Source of the DNA: Antedon mediterranea
Taxonomy: Eukaryota; Animalia; Echinodermata
Direction of reading: 5' to 3'
Assembly (NCBI RefSeq): GCF_964355755.1
Contig: NC_092673.1
Location: forward strand, 25,975,648 to 26,039,647
DNA length: 64,000 nt
Part shown: in pieces, positions 50,901-63,983 of the stretch
Numbering within the stretch: position 1 is the stretch's first letter
How the letters are laid out: each line of letters opens with the position of its first letter
The notes under the pieces: generated by a model
Databases searched by the model: none
The model's input: the letters and a program-made list of their open reading frames with translations, nothing else
Told to the model about the DNA's origin: nothing
Translations under genes and position numbers: made by a program

Positions 50901-53900
50901 GAGGGTGATCCATCCAGCAATTGCTGATAATTAGGGACCCTCAGAGGTTCACAAGACAAACATATACACAAGATGCTCTACAAAACCAAAGTCTTATTAC
51001 AAGTCTTTGGGATTGGAGTTGTAATTTTGTCCTTAGAAAACATGTGACAGAACTTAAACCCAGGACCCTTGACGTGGTAGCCAAGCATCATAACCACCAA
51101 GCCACAACTCCACTCCATGTTGTGTTACATTTGATTGATTAATGTTACATGTCACAAAGAGAATACCCTCTTTTTACAAGTATGTCCGCAAGTGTGAATA
51201 GTGAAAATGGTAGGTGCATTTCGCAGTATCTTTTAAGGTATTTTTGTTATTTTTATTTTACGTGGATTTATTTAAAAAATGACATAGTATAGTAGAACAG
51301 AATTACTACAAAACATCAGTATTTTTTACATGAGCCACCCCTCCCTGATATTACAAGGTTTGCCATACTCTGCAATTCTTGTTGCAAAGAGCATAATTTT
51401 TTTGTTCCTTCGGAATTAATGTAAAAGAAATGAACATCCTCTACAGATGATTCAGATATACCTGCTTACTTCCATTAAAGTATCCAGCCACCATCCTTCT
51501 CACAGAAGTACAAGCTTTAGGTACCAACAACATATCTCTAAAGCCTTGTCTACACTATCAAACTTTATATACACCCATATATGGACATGATGATGTCATA
51601 TCACTACCATATTTAGGAATATCACTACCATATATGGGCACAACACATTTTTTGTGACATAAAGTTTGATAATGCAGACAGCTTTTAAAGCCTTGTCTAC
51701 ACTATCAAACTTTATGTGACAAAAAAATGTGATGTGTCCATACATGGACATGATGATGTCATATCACTACCATAATTGGGTATATCACTACCATATTTAG
51801 ACACATCACACTTTTTTATCAAACTAGTTGGATAGTGTAGACAGAGCTTAATAACAGTTCATGGATCAGATTTTCAGCCTTCCTGACCAAACAAACATAC
51901 TATAAAAATATCTGATTGATAAGAACAAGGACACCCTTACCTTCTGAGATTCTTGCACCGATTGGCCAATAAAGACAACCCATTATCACTTAAAGTGTTC
52001 AGACAGCCAAGGTTTAATTCCTCCTGTATATAAAAAAAACCATTATGATTTTGACAGAATATTTATTAATATTTTCCACAATAAATCCAAATTTATAAAC
52101 AACTCTTCAACAACCTGACTACGAGTACCTGAAAATTAAATACAGTGTAAAGTACTACTCCTCCCTTATTCGTTGTAGTATTGAGCTGGGATTTGGCATG
52201 AATATACTACAGGCAAATGTCCTCAAATCTATAGATATTTTTTATTTTCAAACCGGATGCAGCAATATGACGTCTCGAAGATGGTACCATATAGCCGTAT
52301 TTGGTAGGTTATTGATGTGTATGTGACGTTACATCCGGTCTTATGACGTCATTAAAGCTTCTTTTGCTGTACCGAGTATTGCACATTCGTGCTTGTTAAT
52401 TGAATGTATTGTGTTTTAAAAAAGACAATTTCATTCAATCAAGGTAAATCTGTACTGTGGATAAATATTATACATTACAAAACACAAAATACTCACCAAA
52501 TTTTCATTTAAACAGTTGGCAATATCTGGGATGATTTCTTCTGTAAGTTTGTAACAGTTTTCAAGGTTCAACACTCTAATATTTGTATTTTTGGTCACTA
52601 AACTTTGGATGCCTGTAAAATTAAACATTATATCATGTTCTACTTTCTTTTATTCAAATTTACTCTTGCCTGCTTATATTGCTGACTTCTCTCTGCAGTA
52701 CAGCACAGTAAAACTCTGCTTTGGGACACCTCTATTCTGAGAACATTTGTCCATGAAATGAATGAAAGACAATGTATGTTTAAAGACTGCAAGCAACTCC
52801 TATTTGGCAGAAACCCCTATTAACGGGACACTTTAATGGGTCCCTATAGTGGTTAAATGTTAATGTCTCATAAGCCCTGATGAAAGAATAGCATTTTCCG
52901 AAAGCAGAACATGTACTCATTAGTATACAATAGTTACTATGGATAATATTCATCAATGAATTAACTAACCTTTGTCTCCAATATTGCCACAGTTGTGTAG
53001 GTCCACCTGCCTAAGTTTCTTTGAGTTGATGGTCTGAAGACCTTTACATGTAAGATGTGGAAGATTGATTAACTTCAATACAACTAGCTCTGTCTGCTTA
53101 CTCATCAATACTTCAATGCCTGTGTCTGCAAATTAAATTCAAATAAGGTAATCAATAAATAATTATGTAACAGACAACAAAATCGGTTCTTTTTGACTGA
53201 TGAAGTTAAGAACTCCTATAATATAAGATGAAACCACCAACAAATTACAGTAATTAGGATTAGGAGTTGTTCGTAGAATTAAAATATACAGTATATTCGC
53301 CCCTTGTTTTACAGGAAACCTATTAATGAGTGTCCCTTGAATTGAGTGTCTTTTGAATTGAGTGTCCCTTGAACTGAGTGTCTCTTAAATAGGGTGTTAT
53401 AGGGATATCTCTGTCTCAGAGGGCCCAGTTGGTGATCAGTGGATGTGATGTACTAATACACCGGGGTAACCCCCTATTCGTCTCGAAAGATGTACTAGGT
53501 TCTTTAAAGTGCACACAAGCTAGTTGTTTATAGTCCTTATCCGAGAAGACTTGAATTGAGTGTCCCTTGATGTCCCTTGATGTCCCTTTATAGAAGTGTC
53601 CTCAATAGGGTGTTCCAAAAGTCCAGAATTTGGAACAAAGTAACTTAGCTTTGTCACAGATATAGACATATTGAGTCTACTGTACCCTGTCATTTAACAC
53701 TTTTCTTATACTGTAGTTAGCTCAATTGCCCCAATTATGTATGTTTACCTGTGACCTGTGTACAAATATTGATAGTGATGTTCTCAAGTCTACAGAGGCA
53801 CAAGTCTAACTGAATAAGTACTGAGTCTGAAATTTGCGGACATCGATTGAAGCAGATTTTTTTTATCGCCGGTGAAAACAGATGATATGTGACGTATGGT

Positions 53901-54049
53901 AAATAGTCTAAGGTCAACATGTCATGGTCGACTAATCGTCGTAGCAGAGCCTCCTTGTGTTGCGTTGGTAACAATTTGCCGACTTGGCTGATTGTGTGCA
54001 AATTGCGACTGATGCATTGCAAACACAAATCTTTCAGTTTCTTCACCAT
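41978..54049 (-). CDS. Cysteine-containing leucine-rich-repeat protein (FBXL/AMN1-like LRRs), 542 aa
   Basis: Eleven phase-consistent coding exons: 54049-53749, 53125-52970, 52612-52497, 52023-51941, 50875-50827, 50257-50024, 49634-49555, 49161-49017, 48308-48141, 45269-45087, 42091-41978 (1629 nt). Repeated LxxLxLxxCxxI(T/S)D motifs; ends DVCNRRVFVEHRVPNADPNQIIAKNLDTGEYCHVDII*. Probable non-coding first exon ends at 54847 (donor gtgaga). Confidence 0.85.
43260..43540 (-). mobile_element. 5S rRNA-derived SINE (SINE3-like), 5'-truncated
   Basis: Minus strand 43540-43486 reads GGTTGGGCCCGGTTAGAGCTTGGATGAGAGACCATCGGGGAATACCGGGTACTGTA, resembling the 3' half of metazoan 5S rRNA, followed by a non-5S body of ~220 bp. 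Confidence 0.65.
44012..44197. mobile_element. GC-rich hAT-like MITE (CAGTGGC...CCACTG)
   Basis: Imperfect CAGTGG termini and internal GGCCCC motifs; TSD degenerate. Confidence 0.45.
45523..45665. repeat. ~71-bp direct tandem duplication
   Basis: TTAGAGGAAAGGGACGGTAAAGTGCACCC...GTGTATATAACAA twice, one mismatch. Confidence 0.85.
45685..46189. mobile_element. piggyBac-like non-autonomous element
   Basis: TTAA|CACATTGACTGCCAAGGC ... GCCGTGGCAGTGAACGTG|TTAA (TIR 15/18). Confidence 0.7.
51542..51848. mobile_element. Two adjacent family B MITEs in an intron of the LRR gene
   Basis: Two consecutive AGCCTTGTCTACACTATCAAACT...AGACAG(A)GCT units with internal ATATCACTACCATA repeats. Confidence 0.8.
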
Positions 54050-55309
54050 GTTGATTCTAAAAATTCGATTAAAGAAAACATTTATTTCAGAAAAACAATT
54101 TAATAATCAAGAAAATAAGATCTGAGCACATTATACACAATGTTCACAAGTACAAATTAGTAGATTGATAACAAGATCCAGATTTTAAGGGTGTCCTTGT
54201 TATGTACTGTATAGTGTGGAGCTTCCTTTACTGATTGATGACACCGTCAAAGTAACACAAAAGCAATAAATGCTCCTATCTATAATTATAAATAGTGTAT
54301 CTATAAATATAATTAGGTATGAATAATAATAATAATAACCTGGGCAGGTTTACTGTGAAGTACAATAATGTTGTCAAGTACTTTCAGGCCTGTGGACTAG
54401 TTTGTCTGGGTTGGCCAGGCTAGTCGTTTCACACACGTCTCGTACACGGTACACAGGCAGTGTAGCTACAACAGACAATAGTCTATAGATAGGCTAGCCT
54501 ACGTCGCGAAAGTAAAGTCGTAAATATCACAACAAAAGTGTAGGCCTATTCACTATTAACTAAAAAAACATTTCTGATATATAGATAAATATAGGTGGGT
54601 CTAGTATTGAAATGGCAATGAAGTGAGAAATATTTATTATAAATCAACCATGTGTATTATTAGAAATGACTCAACTGGGCTGGGCTACTACTAGGCCTAT
54701 CCTAGCAAGCATGAAGTGTGATTCATGGGGCATGGGAAGGCATACTCCCACACAACAATTTATGACAGCCTCTCTCTCCCTGATCTAGAGAGGCCTAGGC
54801 TTAATGACAGCAGTATTGACGTCTCATTTTTCACTTAATTTCTCACCTTTAAAGTAAAAATGAACTTCGTAGTATCACTCTCATCCCTTTTAACTATTCT
54901 TTTGTACGGGAACAAAATTACAATATTGCGTCGTGCATAAATTATGGAAAGAAATTCACATCATTTCTTTTTCAGACCGATGATGACGGAAGCCATTAAA
55001 AATCAAAGCAACAATAGCGCCACCAATTGTTTGGTTATAAACGTCACAAAAAAAAACAGAACTAATTTTAGAACAAAAATCAGTGATTTATACGTTTCTG
55101 ATTTCTATTTTTCCTCCAATATATTTTTTCTGGGACATGCAAAAGGCGTTTTTGTACAACTTTTTCATTATTATTATTATTCATAACTAAATTTGATATA
55201 GTTAGAATATAAAGTGTGAGAGAAATGTATTGGTTGAAAAAAAATTGTGAGGTACGGTAAGATAAGAAAATGGTAAAACTCAAAATATTAGTTGTTGAAA
55301 TAAACAAGA

Positions 55310-55363
55310 TTTAAAACAAACCAAAATAACCACTCCACATTTGATTTCGTATATACATTTATT
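55310..55363 (-). terminator. Probable polyadenylation site of the KChIP gene
   Basis: Minus-strand AATAAA (55363-55358) followed ~20 nt later by a GT/T-rich element (tgtggagtggttattttggtttgtttt), just upstream of the LRR gene promoter. Confidence 0.45.
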
Positions 55364-57779
55364 GACAATGCACAAAAAACTATTTACAATTCCGATACCA
55401 GTGTAAAAATACAAACTGTATTATTTTTTTTATAACCTTATATAATAAATTCTTACTAAAACCGCTGCTAATCAATATCAATTTGATCGTCATGTCTTTC
55501 TAAAAATATTCATAATATAGGCCTAATTTCATTTATAAAGAAAAAAGGGTTCAATGAATATTTCTACTAAAGACATAATAGTAGGGAGCAACCAAAACTA
55601 CTAACAGTTTTATTTAACTATCGTAAAAACCCTACTAGAAAAATCTCCACCAATAGAAAAAAATGAAAAGTCTTTCTAAAATTTTTCTTCACAGGCATAG
55701 AATGCACTATAACGTATTATGGGTCACAAGAAGTGGTCTGTAATTGCAGGCGTCTCGATATCGCATAATCAATTCAAAGAATAATTTATGAATAACAACT
55801 CAATAAATTTCAATTTATACAAAAAAATTGAAATAAGGCATAGCTAATTTTACATGTCTGTAGTGAAATGAACGCCCCACACACCTAGTTTTTACTTTCG
55901 TCAGTGGCAATCACCGACACAAATTGTACGTGCGTGTACTAAGTTTACCATTATATCAATATTTGAATGTTTCTCGTGTGCATATTATTTCTAAGTGTTA
56001 AGCATGACACACTATATATGGTTAGTGCTTACAAGCAGTTAATATTCATCAAACATCTGAAATAGTAACTTACACTGTACCAAGCCGCTCGCATGCACTG
56101 CCTTATTTAAGCACTCAATTTCATCAGCTTGTCATCGTATTAATGAAAACGAACTTTGGTATATTACGTTGAAATCCGCAGAGAATTTTGATAATTAACT
56201 CTACGATGTTGCCAAAACAAAAGCCAAATTCGACGGTAATACGAGCCCATACTATTAAATCCTGTCTGTGTTTTTGTTATGTCAAGAATATATAGCATTA
56301 AATGTTAGTAAACAGTGTTGGAATTTGCAGTGTAATTAAATATGACGTTATAGAGTAGCCATATATTGTTCTATTGAATTATAGTATCAATATGTCAACC
56401 CTATACCCGATTACTGCAGGGGCTACAGCAAAGTGGATCTGCCATATATACAATGGTAGGCCTACAGAATGTATTTTTTTAGTAATATATTTTGGTAAAA
56501 AAATCACTTATTTTCTCAGTATTATTTGCCATTATAATATACCATAACCATATTATTTATAATAAATTCTTTAAAAATGGCAAAATAGATAAATAAATGT
56601 ACCTAATTTTACTATTATATACAGAACAATATTTACAAATGCATATTTTAAATACCAATATTGCAATTGATTAAAGTATGTAAAAGATGGTATACATATC
56701 GTAATATATTTTATAGGTTTATATACATCATATATTATAATACTATGTTTTGTATGTACACATACAGTATTACATGTATAATGTATCATACACACAGATG
56801 CAATTTTTTTATTTATAAACTTCTTCACTGCATTCATTCAAACCTTAACACATTTTAATTATGATAAAACTTCCAAATTCTCTTTATAAATTTCATTTTC
56901 ACACACAAGACAAGATCAGTGGGTCCAAGAAGCAACAGGCTGTGGTCTAAATTACTGCAGTTTTTTGCTTAGCAGAAAAAAATATCATCTTAACTTTATT
57001 TTAAAGACGTATTTTCTCCAAGAAAACCATAAAAAAATTAAGAATAACAAAATAATTTTGCTGTTTTAATACTGTAGAAAAAAAAAAGAAAACAAATGGT
57101 TAAATTTAAACAGACAGTTGAACTGGTTTTTTTTTCAGGTAAATATTTTTTTTTTTCAATTTCAAGTGAATACTATATTATATACGTGGCATTAAAAAAA
57201 TTGTTTTAATTATTTTTTCAAGGGGACACTGTGGTTAAATAAAGTTGAATTGAATTGATGATGTAGTCAATTCCACCAAAAAAATAACTGGTTTGAGAAA
57301 TATCCTCGACATTTCACTTAAGTATTTTAAACACACTTTACTTAAGTATGTTAACTCATGGTCATCATTAAATGCTTCATCTTCTCCTCAAAACAACCCC
57401 TGTATTCTAAACCTCTTAAATTCAGAAACAAATGTAAGTTTGATTAATTCATGAAAACAAAATGGAAAATTTGTCTGAAACTTCTAAGAACATCTAAAAA
57501 TAACTACCTATACAAATATAATTAATACAACTTAAAAGGAATGACGCAAATCAATTGAGAATACGATATTAGAAGAACTGAAATTGTATAATACATGAAT
57601 TGAAACTAAAAGCAAATAGATCAAAGGATCTATATCTCTTATATATGAATACCTATTAACTTCAATTGCCAATTTGGTATACTCAAGTTTGTTAAGAAAT
57701 TTCCATGTGGGTTAATGAATTAAGGAAATGTTGTTAACTTAGAAATGAGAATAAGATTTAGTAACAAAACAAAGGTATT

Positions 57780-58255
57780 GTAAACAGATCAACCTGGTTA
57801 GTAAACTTGGCTATAAACACAACTAAATTGTAAACGGATCAACCTGTTAAACTTGGTTATAAACACTAGTTGTCATACACAAATCAACCTGGTTAATAAA
57901 CCTAGTTATAAGCGCAAATTATTGTACACAGATCAACCTAAAACACAAGTTATTATACACGGATTAACCTGGTTAAACCCATTCATAAGTGGAAGTTATT
58001 ATACACAGATCAACCTGTTAAACTTGGTTATAACACTAGTTACCATACATAGATCAATCTGGTTAATAAACCTAGTTATAAACACAAGTTATTGTGCACA
58101 GATCAACTTCTGGTTTAAGTTATTGTACACAGATAAATCTGGTTAAACCTGGTTATAAACACAAGTTATTGCCCACAGATCAACCTGGTTTAAGTTAGTT
58201 ATTGTACACAGATCAACCTGGTTAAATCTGGTTATAAACACAAATTACTGCACAC
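57780..58255. repeat. Degenerate ~45-50 bp tandem repeat within the probable KChIP 3' UTR
   Basis: Unit ~ACAGATCAACCTGGTTAAACCTGGTTATAAACACAAGTTATTGTAC, about 10 variable copies. Confidence 0.8.
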
Positions 58256-60391
58256 ATATCGACTTTATATGATTTCATACTTTGCAGAATCTAATCTTAT
58301 AATTTTATATAAACACAACTGCAATGAACTGTACCCTATATACTATTAAAATCTTATCTGATAATACTAGCATTAGAATTGAGTTGATTAGAAAGTTTCT
58401 ATTAAAAACTAATTTTTGTAAATTTAAATAAAACCATTCCTATAAAAACGCTACATCAAAAAAAACAAGAAAAAAAAACATGTCAAGCTATTAAATTATA
58501 ATTATTACTTATTTCAATAGCAATATTTTGAGGGGAAAAAATGTTCTAACATAACCAATTACCGTGAAATTGAAAACTGGCTTACCAAATTTGTAAACAA
58601 TAAGATTTAATTACTGAACACTCTTCTTTAATTTACAAGTTATTAAAATCTGTAGTTTTGTATAATTGAAGTATTAACATTTTTTATTTCATTGCACATC
58701 TAACAACGTGAAAGAATGTATTATTACACTGTTCTTGGAAATAAGAAAATCCTAAAAGAAGAAACACAGGTCTAATGTCATGTATCGTGACCCCCAAGAT
58801 ACCGCAAAAGTAGCAAAAAATGAATGTATTTTTAGATAAATATCTATGTGGTTACTATTAAACACATAATTAGTATATATAAGAATTATGTAGTTTTTTC
58901 CTTTCTGAAATGTAAAATTATTTTAAAGACAACCAAGTTCAGGGTATGCATTCATGTATGCCATGATTTTTGCAGGCTTCAAAAAATCTAAAAATAATAT
59001 GTTATCCTACATGTACATGAGTTGTTTATCTATAAGCATTAGGAAACCAAATTTTATGTTCACCTATGTTGGTTTCAACAATAAAAAATGTTTTTATTAA
59101 TAATAATATTATTATTATTATTACATACAAAACCTCCTTGTAAAAATTATCACCTTATGAAAAAATTAAGTTGTATATCTTTCAAATATTTTGATTAAAA
59201 GTGAAGTATTTCATCCCCAAACGGCAGACTAATAATCTTGTAAAGGAATATATTTTGTCGTAACGATCATCAAAATATAAATTTTCCGAAATTTAAGCCT
59301 TTGTAATGACACTATATAATCTGTTGCGCTGTAAGGGACTTGCTCGTGAGTGTTTCTTGTATTCACCTTTCAGAGGGATTAGTTTAAAAACAGACTTGTT
59401 TTTCTAAAACATCTTTTTGTTGGCTTTTCCAAATCCTGTTTTCCTTTTCAAGGATTAAAAAATTGTTCAGAAGCGACAAGTGTATAAACAGTACTCTGCG
59501 GTTTGAGTTACAGGTGACGTTCAGGTTAATATTGAATAAAACTCTATAATTAAGGCCCAGTAACTTGCCATAGATGCTGTGCTGAATAGTTTTCTGTTCT
59601 GGAGTTAGTTATTTTGGCTTAATCCAACACCTAGGATATGTTCAGACCTACAGAGTCATAGGTTTGTATCATACATGAGGTACATTTTCATTTGCAACAT
59701 AACGACGTGTACAATCTAGGAACGGTAATAGTGATGATCACCATCAGGAGGACAAAACTCTGGTTTGCAGATCAATTTTACAGGTTGGTGATTTGATCAA
59801 ATCATTGATGCACGTTATGAGTGTTGTATATGCTTATTTGGTACAGTCCGTATCAACCTTCACTCCAGTGTAGAATAGATGTAGATTTTACTAACCTTTC
59901 CGTAGTTCAGACCTATCGGGTTATACACTGCGAACAATACCAAATCATACCTTTGCGAGACAACTGATTGGAGGAGGCTTAGAATTAAAATCGAAGCCGA
60001 CATTCTGTACACTGTAGAATTCATTCTGCAACAATATCCATTATAAACTTAATGGGGCGAAAGTCTCTTAAGTTTGTTGCTGCAGCAACTGAAGTTTACA
60101 TCCTTTTTAGTAACATTTGAGTTGACGCGAGCTTTTATACATAACATTTTATGCTCGATATCTTTATAGCATCCAAATTCTATTAGATTTTTCAAAACTG
60201 CAACAACACTTTAAGGTAAATATTATATACTAAATGAATTCAAAGTTTTGTGTGTTTTAAAGTTTAGTGTTAAAAAAACAGATGAAATATTATCATATGA
60301 ATGAGTTAGTCTATCCCAGTGACGAGAGCAGCACTGGTATTTTAGTAGAATTGTCCAATCGTTTCCGCTCGTCCTCACTGGAGTCTAAACG

Positions 60392-63300
60392 TCACAGTAT
60401 GGTGTCAAACACTTGCATTGATAGTGAAATCGTTTCATCCTGAAAAAAAAATTTATTTCAAAGATTTTAGGTTAATACTAATACGAATTTGTAAAACAAC
60501 ATCGGCAAGGGTTCGAGGCCGACTCGCTCCTAGTTCTGGTGGTGGAACAAGTCTTCTCGGATAAGGACTATAAACCGTAGGTCCAGTGTACACAGTTATA
60601 ACCTGTGTGTACTTTAAAGAACCCAGTTCATTATTCAAAAAAGAGTAGGGGGTTACCCCGGTGAACTGGTTCACACAATAGCCCCTGTATCAGGGGGATT
60701 ACCACCTATCTGATAGGACAGTGATTAATTCACTATTGGTAATCCTTGGCCACATTGCCTAAAGACATAAAATAAAATAAAATAAATAAATAAATAAAAT
60801 GCACCAATTCCAGCAGTAATTGATCAAAGGCGCGGTGTATGAGAGAGCTCAATTTGAAAGAAAAAAAAGTTTTCAAGGCAGATTTAAAGGCGATAGTAGA
60901 AGAACATGATCTAATAGAGGCGGGTATGTCATTCCATAAGCGAGAGGCAGCAGAAGTAAAGGTGCTTAGGCCATACGTTTTAGAGTTAAAAGTCGGAATG
61001 GAAAGGAGATTTTTAGAAGACGAGCGAAGGCGACAGGAAGGTTAGGAACAATTTGAATCGACCTGTAAGCTTACAGAATGCCTTAATCACTAGACCAAAA
61101 AAGATCTTGTTGTTGTTATATAATGAAGAAATTATTCCACCAAGATCATACATAATTTCTTGCTTTAAAATTCTAGCACAATCTGTATGGTGCATATAAC
61201 TACACACAAAAATAATTATAGATACTTCACACTACCTTGGGTAATTTAAATTTAAAGACAGATTCACAATAATTATTACTTCACTTTATTAAAATCGTTG
61301 AAATATAATAATCAAAACCTTTGTATTTCCCACATGTCTCCGAATAAAAACTGCACTCACTGTGAATAATGAAACGCAATCAATCTTGCATGTATATAAC
61401 ATGAACATTAACATCTTTATTACTATTTTTTATAATCATACCTGTCTACATGACTCTAGGAACTCATCAATAGTCACAACTCCATCTCGATTTAAGTCCA
61501 ATTTCTGTAACAAAGATTAATATAATTGATTATTGATTATTAGGATATTTAAACGTAAATGCTACCAAACACATTTATTTTTCTTTCCACATCAGAGGCT
61601 AAGATAAGCCAGTATGTCACGGGGGTGGGGGGGGGGGGGGGGGGGTGGGTAACCCCACGCTTTCGAAAGATACACTTGGCTTCAGAGTGGTGAATCATAG
61701 TATAGGAGACTGACTTTTGAGCAAGTGCCAATTGTGTAGCTATGGTTCACAGCGGCGCGCCTGTCTTGACCCCTGTGTCACTCCACATAAAATCAATTAT
61801 AACTGTTTTCTTATTTATTTCAACAATATTAAATTTTCATTAGGGTGGTCCATCCAGCCGAAGCTGATCATTAGGGACCCTAACAAAAATACAACATGAC
61901 GAGACATGTGGACGACAGTTTAAAGTGTTTAAATTGGTAAGTCTTACAGTATCTAAGTTATTTATAGGATTATTAATGTAATATGCAACACATATATGTT
62001 AAATTTTTTTTTTTTACAAAATTCTTCCTCAAAAGATCCTGATTCAGGTATTAATACATTTTTATTTGTATTCCGTTCATACCAAGATCGTTAATAAGAA
62101 GATTCAATTCCTATCTATAATTTTATAAAGGGCATAAGTTTTGTATGGCAAAAAGAAATGAATGATTCCCAGTTCATAGTCAGGATTAAAGTTACTTACA
62201 ACTATTTCCTCAATCAACAGTAAAAAAACACAAGTCTTTACTTGGTCAATAAACAAATTGACCAGCTGCATCGCTTGGGGCAATGGTCACCTCACAGCGT
62301 TAACATTACTGTTACCAGGTACGTTCAATCTATACTTGAAGGTCTGTATCCGGCTGACGGATTGTGATGTACGCAAGCTGAGCGTGACCATAATTAATAG
62401 GTTTCCATACGTGCCGTGAAAGCAAAGTTTGTATCTTTGACTTTTTGTAACCACCATGAGAGGTGGAGTTTTTACACACATTTGAAAGGTTACTACTGAT
62501 ATCAATTAAAAGTCTATCAGACATATAATCTATTCAGAAATGAAGGCAAACAAAGAATTATATAAAATGAAAAGAGTCTCGATAATCAGCGAAATTCACA
62601 CTCCTCCCTGGGATAAAAAATATGATTAAAACTAGAACTAATTTTATGTCAATGATGCTTTTGAAGATTTAATAAAAATGATAACTTTTATGATTATGAA
62701 ACATTTTATAAATGTTTTTTTACAACTTGTTATAAAAATTGTGTTTAAAACATTTTGTAATAAAGCGGGTGGGGACAATGAATCAATGGCATGGCCGAAA
62801 AAAAAAATATATATATATTTATGATCATAAATTGTAATGAATGTAAATTTTGTTGAATAATCAAAATACTTCTTCTCAGTCATATCAATTGGCTTTCTTC
62901 ATTACGGACGGCACGCAAACCAAATCAACATGTGTACGTTTTCTTCAATAAAACCGCTCAAGGGACGTAATTGAAAAAGAAATGCTGACGTCAAGGTAAC
63001 GCTTGATGAAAATACTAATTGTCAATTAATTTCATAACATGCAAACAGATTTTTTCCATTATTTATAAGAATAATTCCATCACCATGAAATTGTGAAAAC
63101 ATATGAATTATTAAAATAATAATTTGAACATGAAAGCGAGGATTTTTTCCAAGGATGTTCGTAGATGTTTACAGATTTCAGATGCTATGACAAAGTATCA
63201 TGAACATGTTTTAATGTTGTAAACATGAGAGTTAATGGATGATCAGAGATGAGCACCTTATAATTGAAAATCAGCTGTGTATGAAGAAATTGACAATCAA

Positions 63301-63983
63301 ACATCACAAGTATCACTCATAAATTAAAAAGTATAATTGGAATTGCGTATAGAAAGTTTTCTTTTTTTTTTTCTATTAAAATATTTCAATAAAAAACATC
63401 TTAATTCACAGTATATGCTATTTGTGGTATTGTCATTTGGAAAAGAAGTTACTAAAAAATATATGTTATGCAAATCTTCAAACAATATAAAATTCAGATT
63501 AATATATATCGAAATCTAAAATTGATATAAAGTTTGCAGTACACCAGTGAAAAGAACTGTTGAGTTTCTCAACTTTTCGATCAATATGCTTTGATCGTCC
63601 TCAGTAGTTAGAATGGGAAAATCTGATTTCATGTTCAAAAAGTTATCAAACTTTCAATTAAAAACCTGATGAACAAATTCTTCCAGTAGGCCTACTTACG
63701 AATGTTATATGTTTGTTGTCTGTTCATCGGGAAAGATATTTTTGGAAAATCGTTCTGTTCTATTTTTAAGTATGTCAATCTGAATGTTGATCCAACTATT
63801 TTTAGGTACATTAAACGATATATTTATTCAGATTACTTCATGAATATTCAACATTATGTTTATCTAATCCAGACTTACTCGGAATACTTTATCCACATGA
63901 TCTTTTGGAGATAACTCATCAACGCTTGGCTGTGAGTACTTGCCCATCATGTCATAGATGGAAGTGACAATGTCCAGCATCTC
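60392..63983 (-). CDS. KCNIP: Kv channel-interacting protein (KChIP, neuronal calcium sensor), last three coding exons; gene continues beyond the window
   Basis: Exons 63983-63879 (EMLDIVTSIYDMMGKYSQPSVDELSPKDHVDKVFR), 61504-61442 (KLDLNRDGVVTIDEFLESCRQ, EF-hand 4) and 60439-60392 (DETISLSMQVFDTIL*), all phase 0 GT-AG. Matches the KChIP C-terminal signature IYDMMGK...HV..FF.KMD.N.DGVVTIDEF.ESC. Confidence 0.93.
60502..60799 (+). mobile_element. Deu/Nin-domain tRNA-type SINE
   Basis: GGTTCGAG B-box remnant, then CTTCTCGGATAAGGACTATAAACCGTAGGTCC...TTAAAGAACCC...AAGAGTAGGGGGTTACCCCGGTG, resembling the AmnSINE/DeuSINE central domain; A-rich end. Partial copies at ~42160-42262 (+) and ~53440-53552 (-). 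Confidence 0.7.
60800..61045 (-). mobile_element. L2-like LINE 3' fragment
   Basis: Minus-strand translation PSCRLRSSSKNLLSIPTFNSKTYGLSTFTSAASRLWNDIPASIRSCSSTIAFKSALKTFF matches the L2/CR1 ORF2 C-terminal pattern. Confidence 0.75.

Noticed and set aside
60839-61045. + strand 68-aa charged ORF
   Set aside because: Antisense of the L2-like LINE fragment in a KChIP intron.
61621-61650. Poly-G tract as a G-quadruplex regulatory element or poly-Pro ORF
   Set aside because: Simple intronic homopolymer; nothing else in the sequence supports a function.
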